Shown here: one piece after another, positions 63,976 through 64,000 of the stretch
Layout of the letters: every line of letters starts with the position of its first letter
Position numbering within the stretch: the first letter of the stretch is position 1
Made by a program: the position numbers and the translations under genes
The notes under the pieces: generated by a model
Seen by the model: the letters and a program-made list of their open reading frames with translations, nothing else
Database searches by the model: none
Told to the model about the DNA's origin: nothing
Assembly: GCA_007376385.1 (NCBI GenBank)
Contig: VMGC01000001.1
Span: 256,001 to 320,000 of the forward strand
Length of the DNA: 64,000 bases
Origin: Parcubacteria group bacterium Gr01-1014_8
GTDB taxonomy: Bacteria; Patescibacteriota; Minisyncoccia; Phycocordibacterales; UBA2100
Direction of reading: 5' to 3'

Positions 63976-64000
63976 AGCTTTTAAAAGAAGGGGTTTTACA

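Noticed and set aside
1-64000. CRISPR arrays, rRNA or tRNA genes, transposases or integrases
   Set aside because: No direct-repeat/spacer periodicity, no rRNA-like conserved blocks, no tRNA T-arm consensus and no transposase or integrase-like ORFs were recognised anywhere in the window.

Overview
This is a 64-kb bacterial chromosomal window, densely coded, with many 4-bp ATGA start/stop overlaps between adjacent genes. The content and gene style suggest an uncultivated bacterium, possibly of the Patescibacteria/CPR type, but lineage cannot be settled from sequence alone.

The first ~22 kb is core and envelope functions. It encodes PdxS/PdxT and a peptidoglycan cluster (murI, murD, murC) that is interrupted by an unknown 451-aa protein. 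It also holds a DUF47-PiT phosphate transporter pair, a K+ channel, an M48 protease and RsmI. Within this stretch are two notable items. The first is a secreted pair that recapitulates the two-domain architecture of cobalamin carriers: a large surface protein with two DUF4430 beta-domains plus a prenyltransferase-like alpha/alpha toroid, preceded by a small DUF4430 protein. The second is a four-gene operon ending in a soluble TraD/VirD4-like ATPase that is translationally coupled to a membrane-anchored lamin-tail-domain (LTD) protein.

From ~21.9 kb to the end of the window there is a ~42-kb surface-glycan biosynthesis island. It carries at least seven GT4 glycosyltransferases and an MsbA-like ABC exporter. 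It has a complete dTDP-deoxysugar branch (RmlA/B/C/D-like, FdtA-like 3,4-ketoisomerase, DegT aminotransferase, C-methyltransferase). It has two nonulosonic-acid modules. One is Pse-like (PseB/C/H/I-like). The other contains an unusual UGM-like flavoenzyme fused to a NeuB-type synthase, with two cytidylyltransferases. Two paralogous HP-motif proteins of the Capsule_synth type are predicted CMP-ulosonate transferases. Finally, an RfbH/ColD-like enzyme has His in place of the PLP-binding Lys, which predicts a sugar 3-dehydratase.

Several structured intergenic elements were read directly from the sequence: long inverted repeats flanking fdtA and rmlA, a terminator, and a candidate leaderless promoter. 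No rRNA, tRNA or CRISPR array was recognised.
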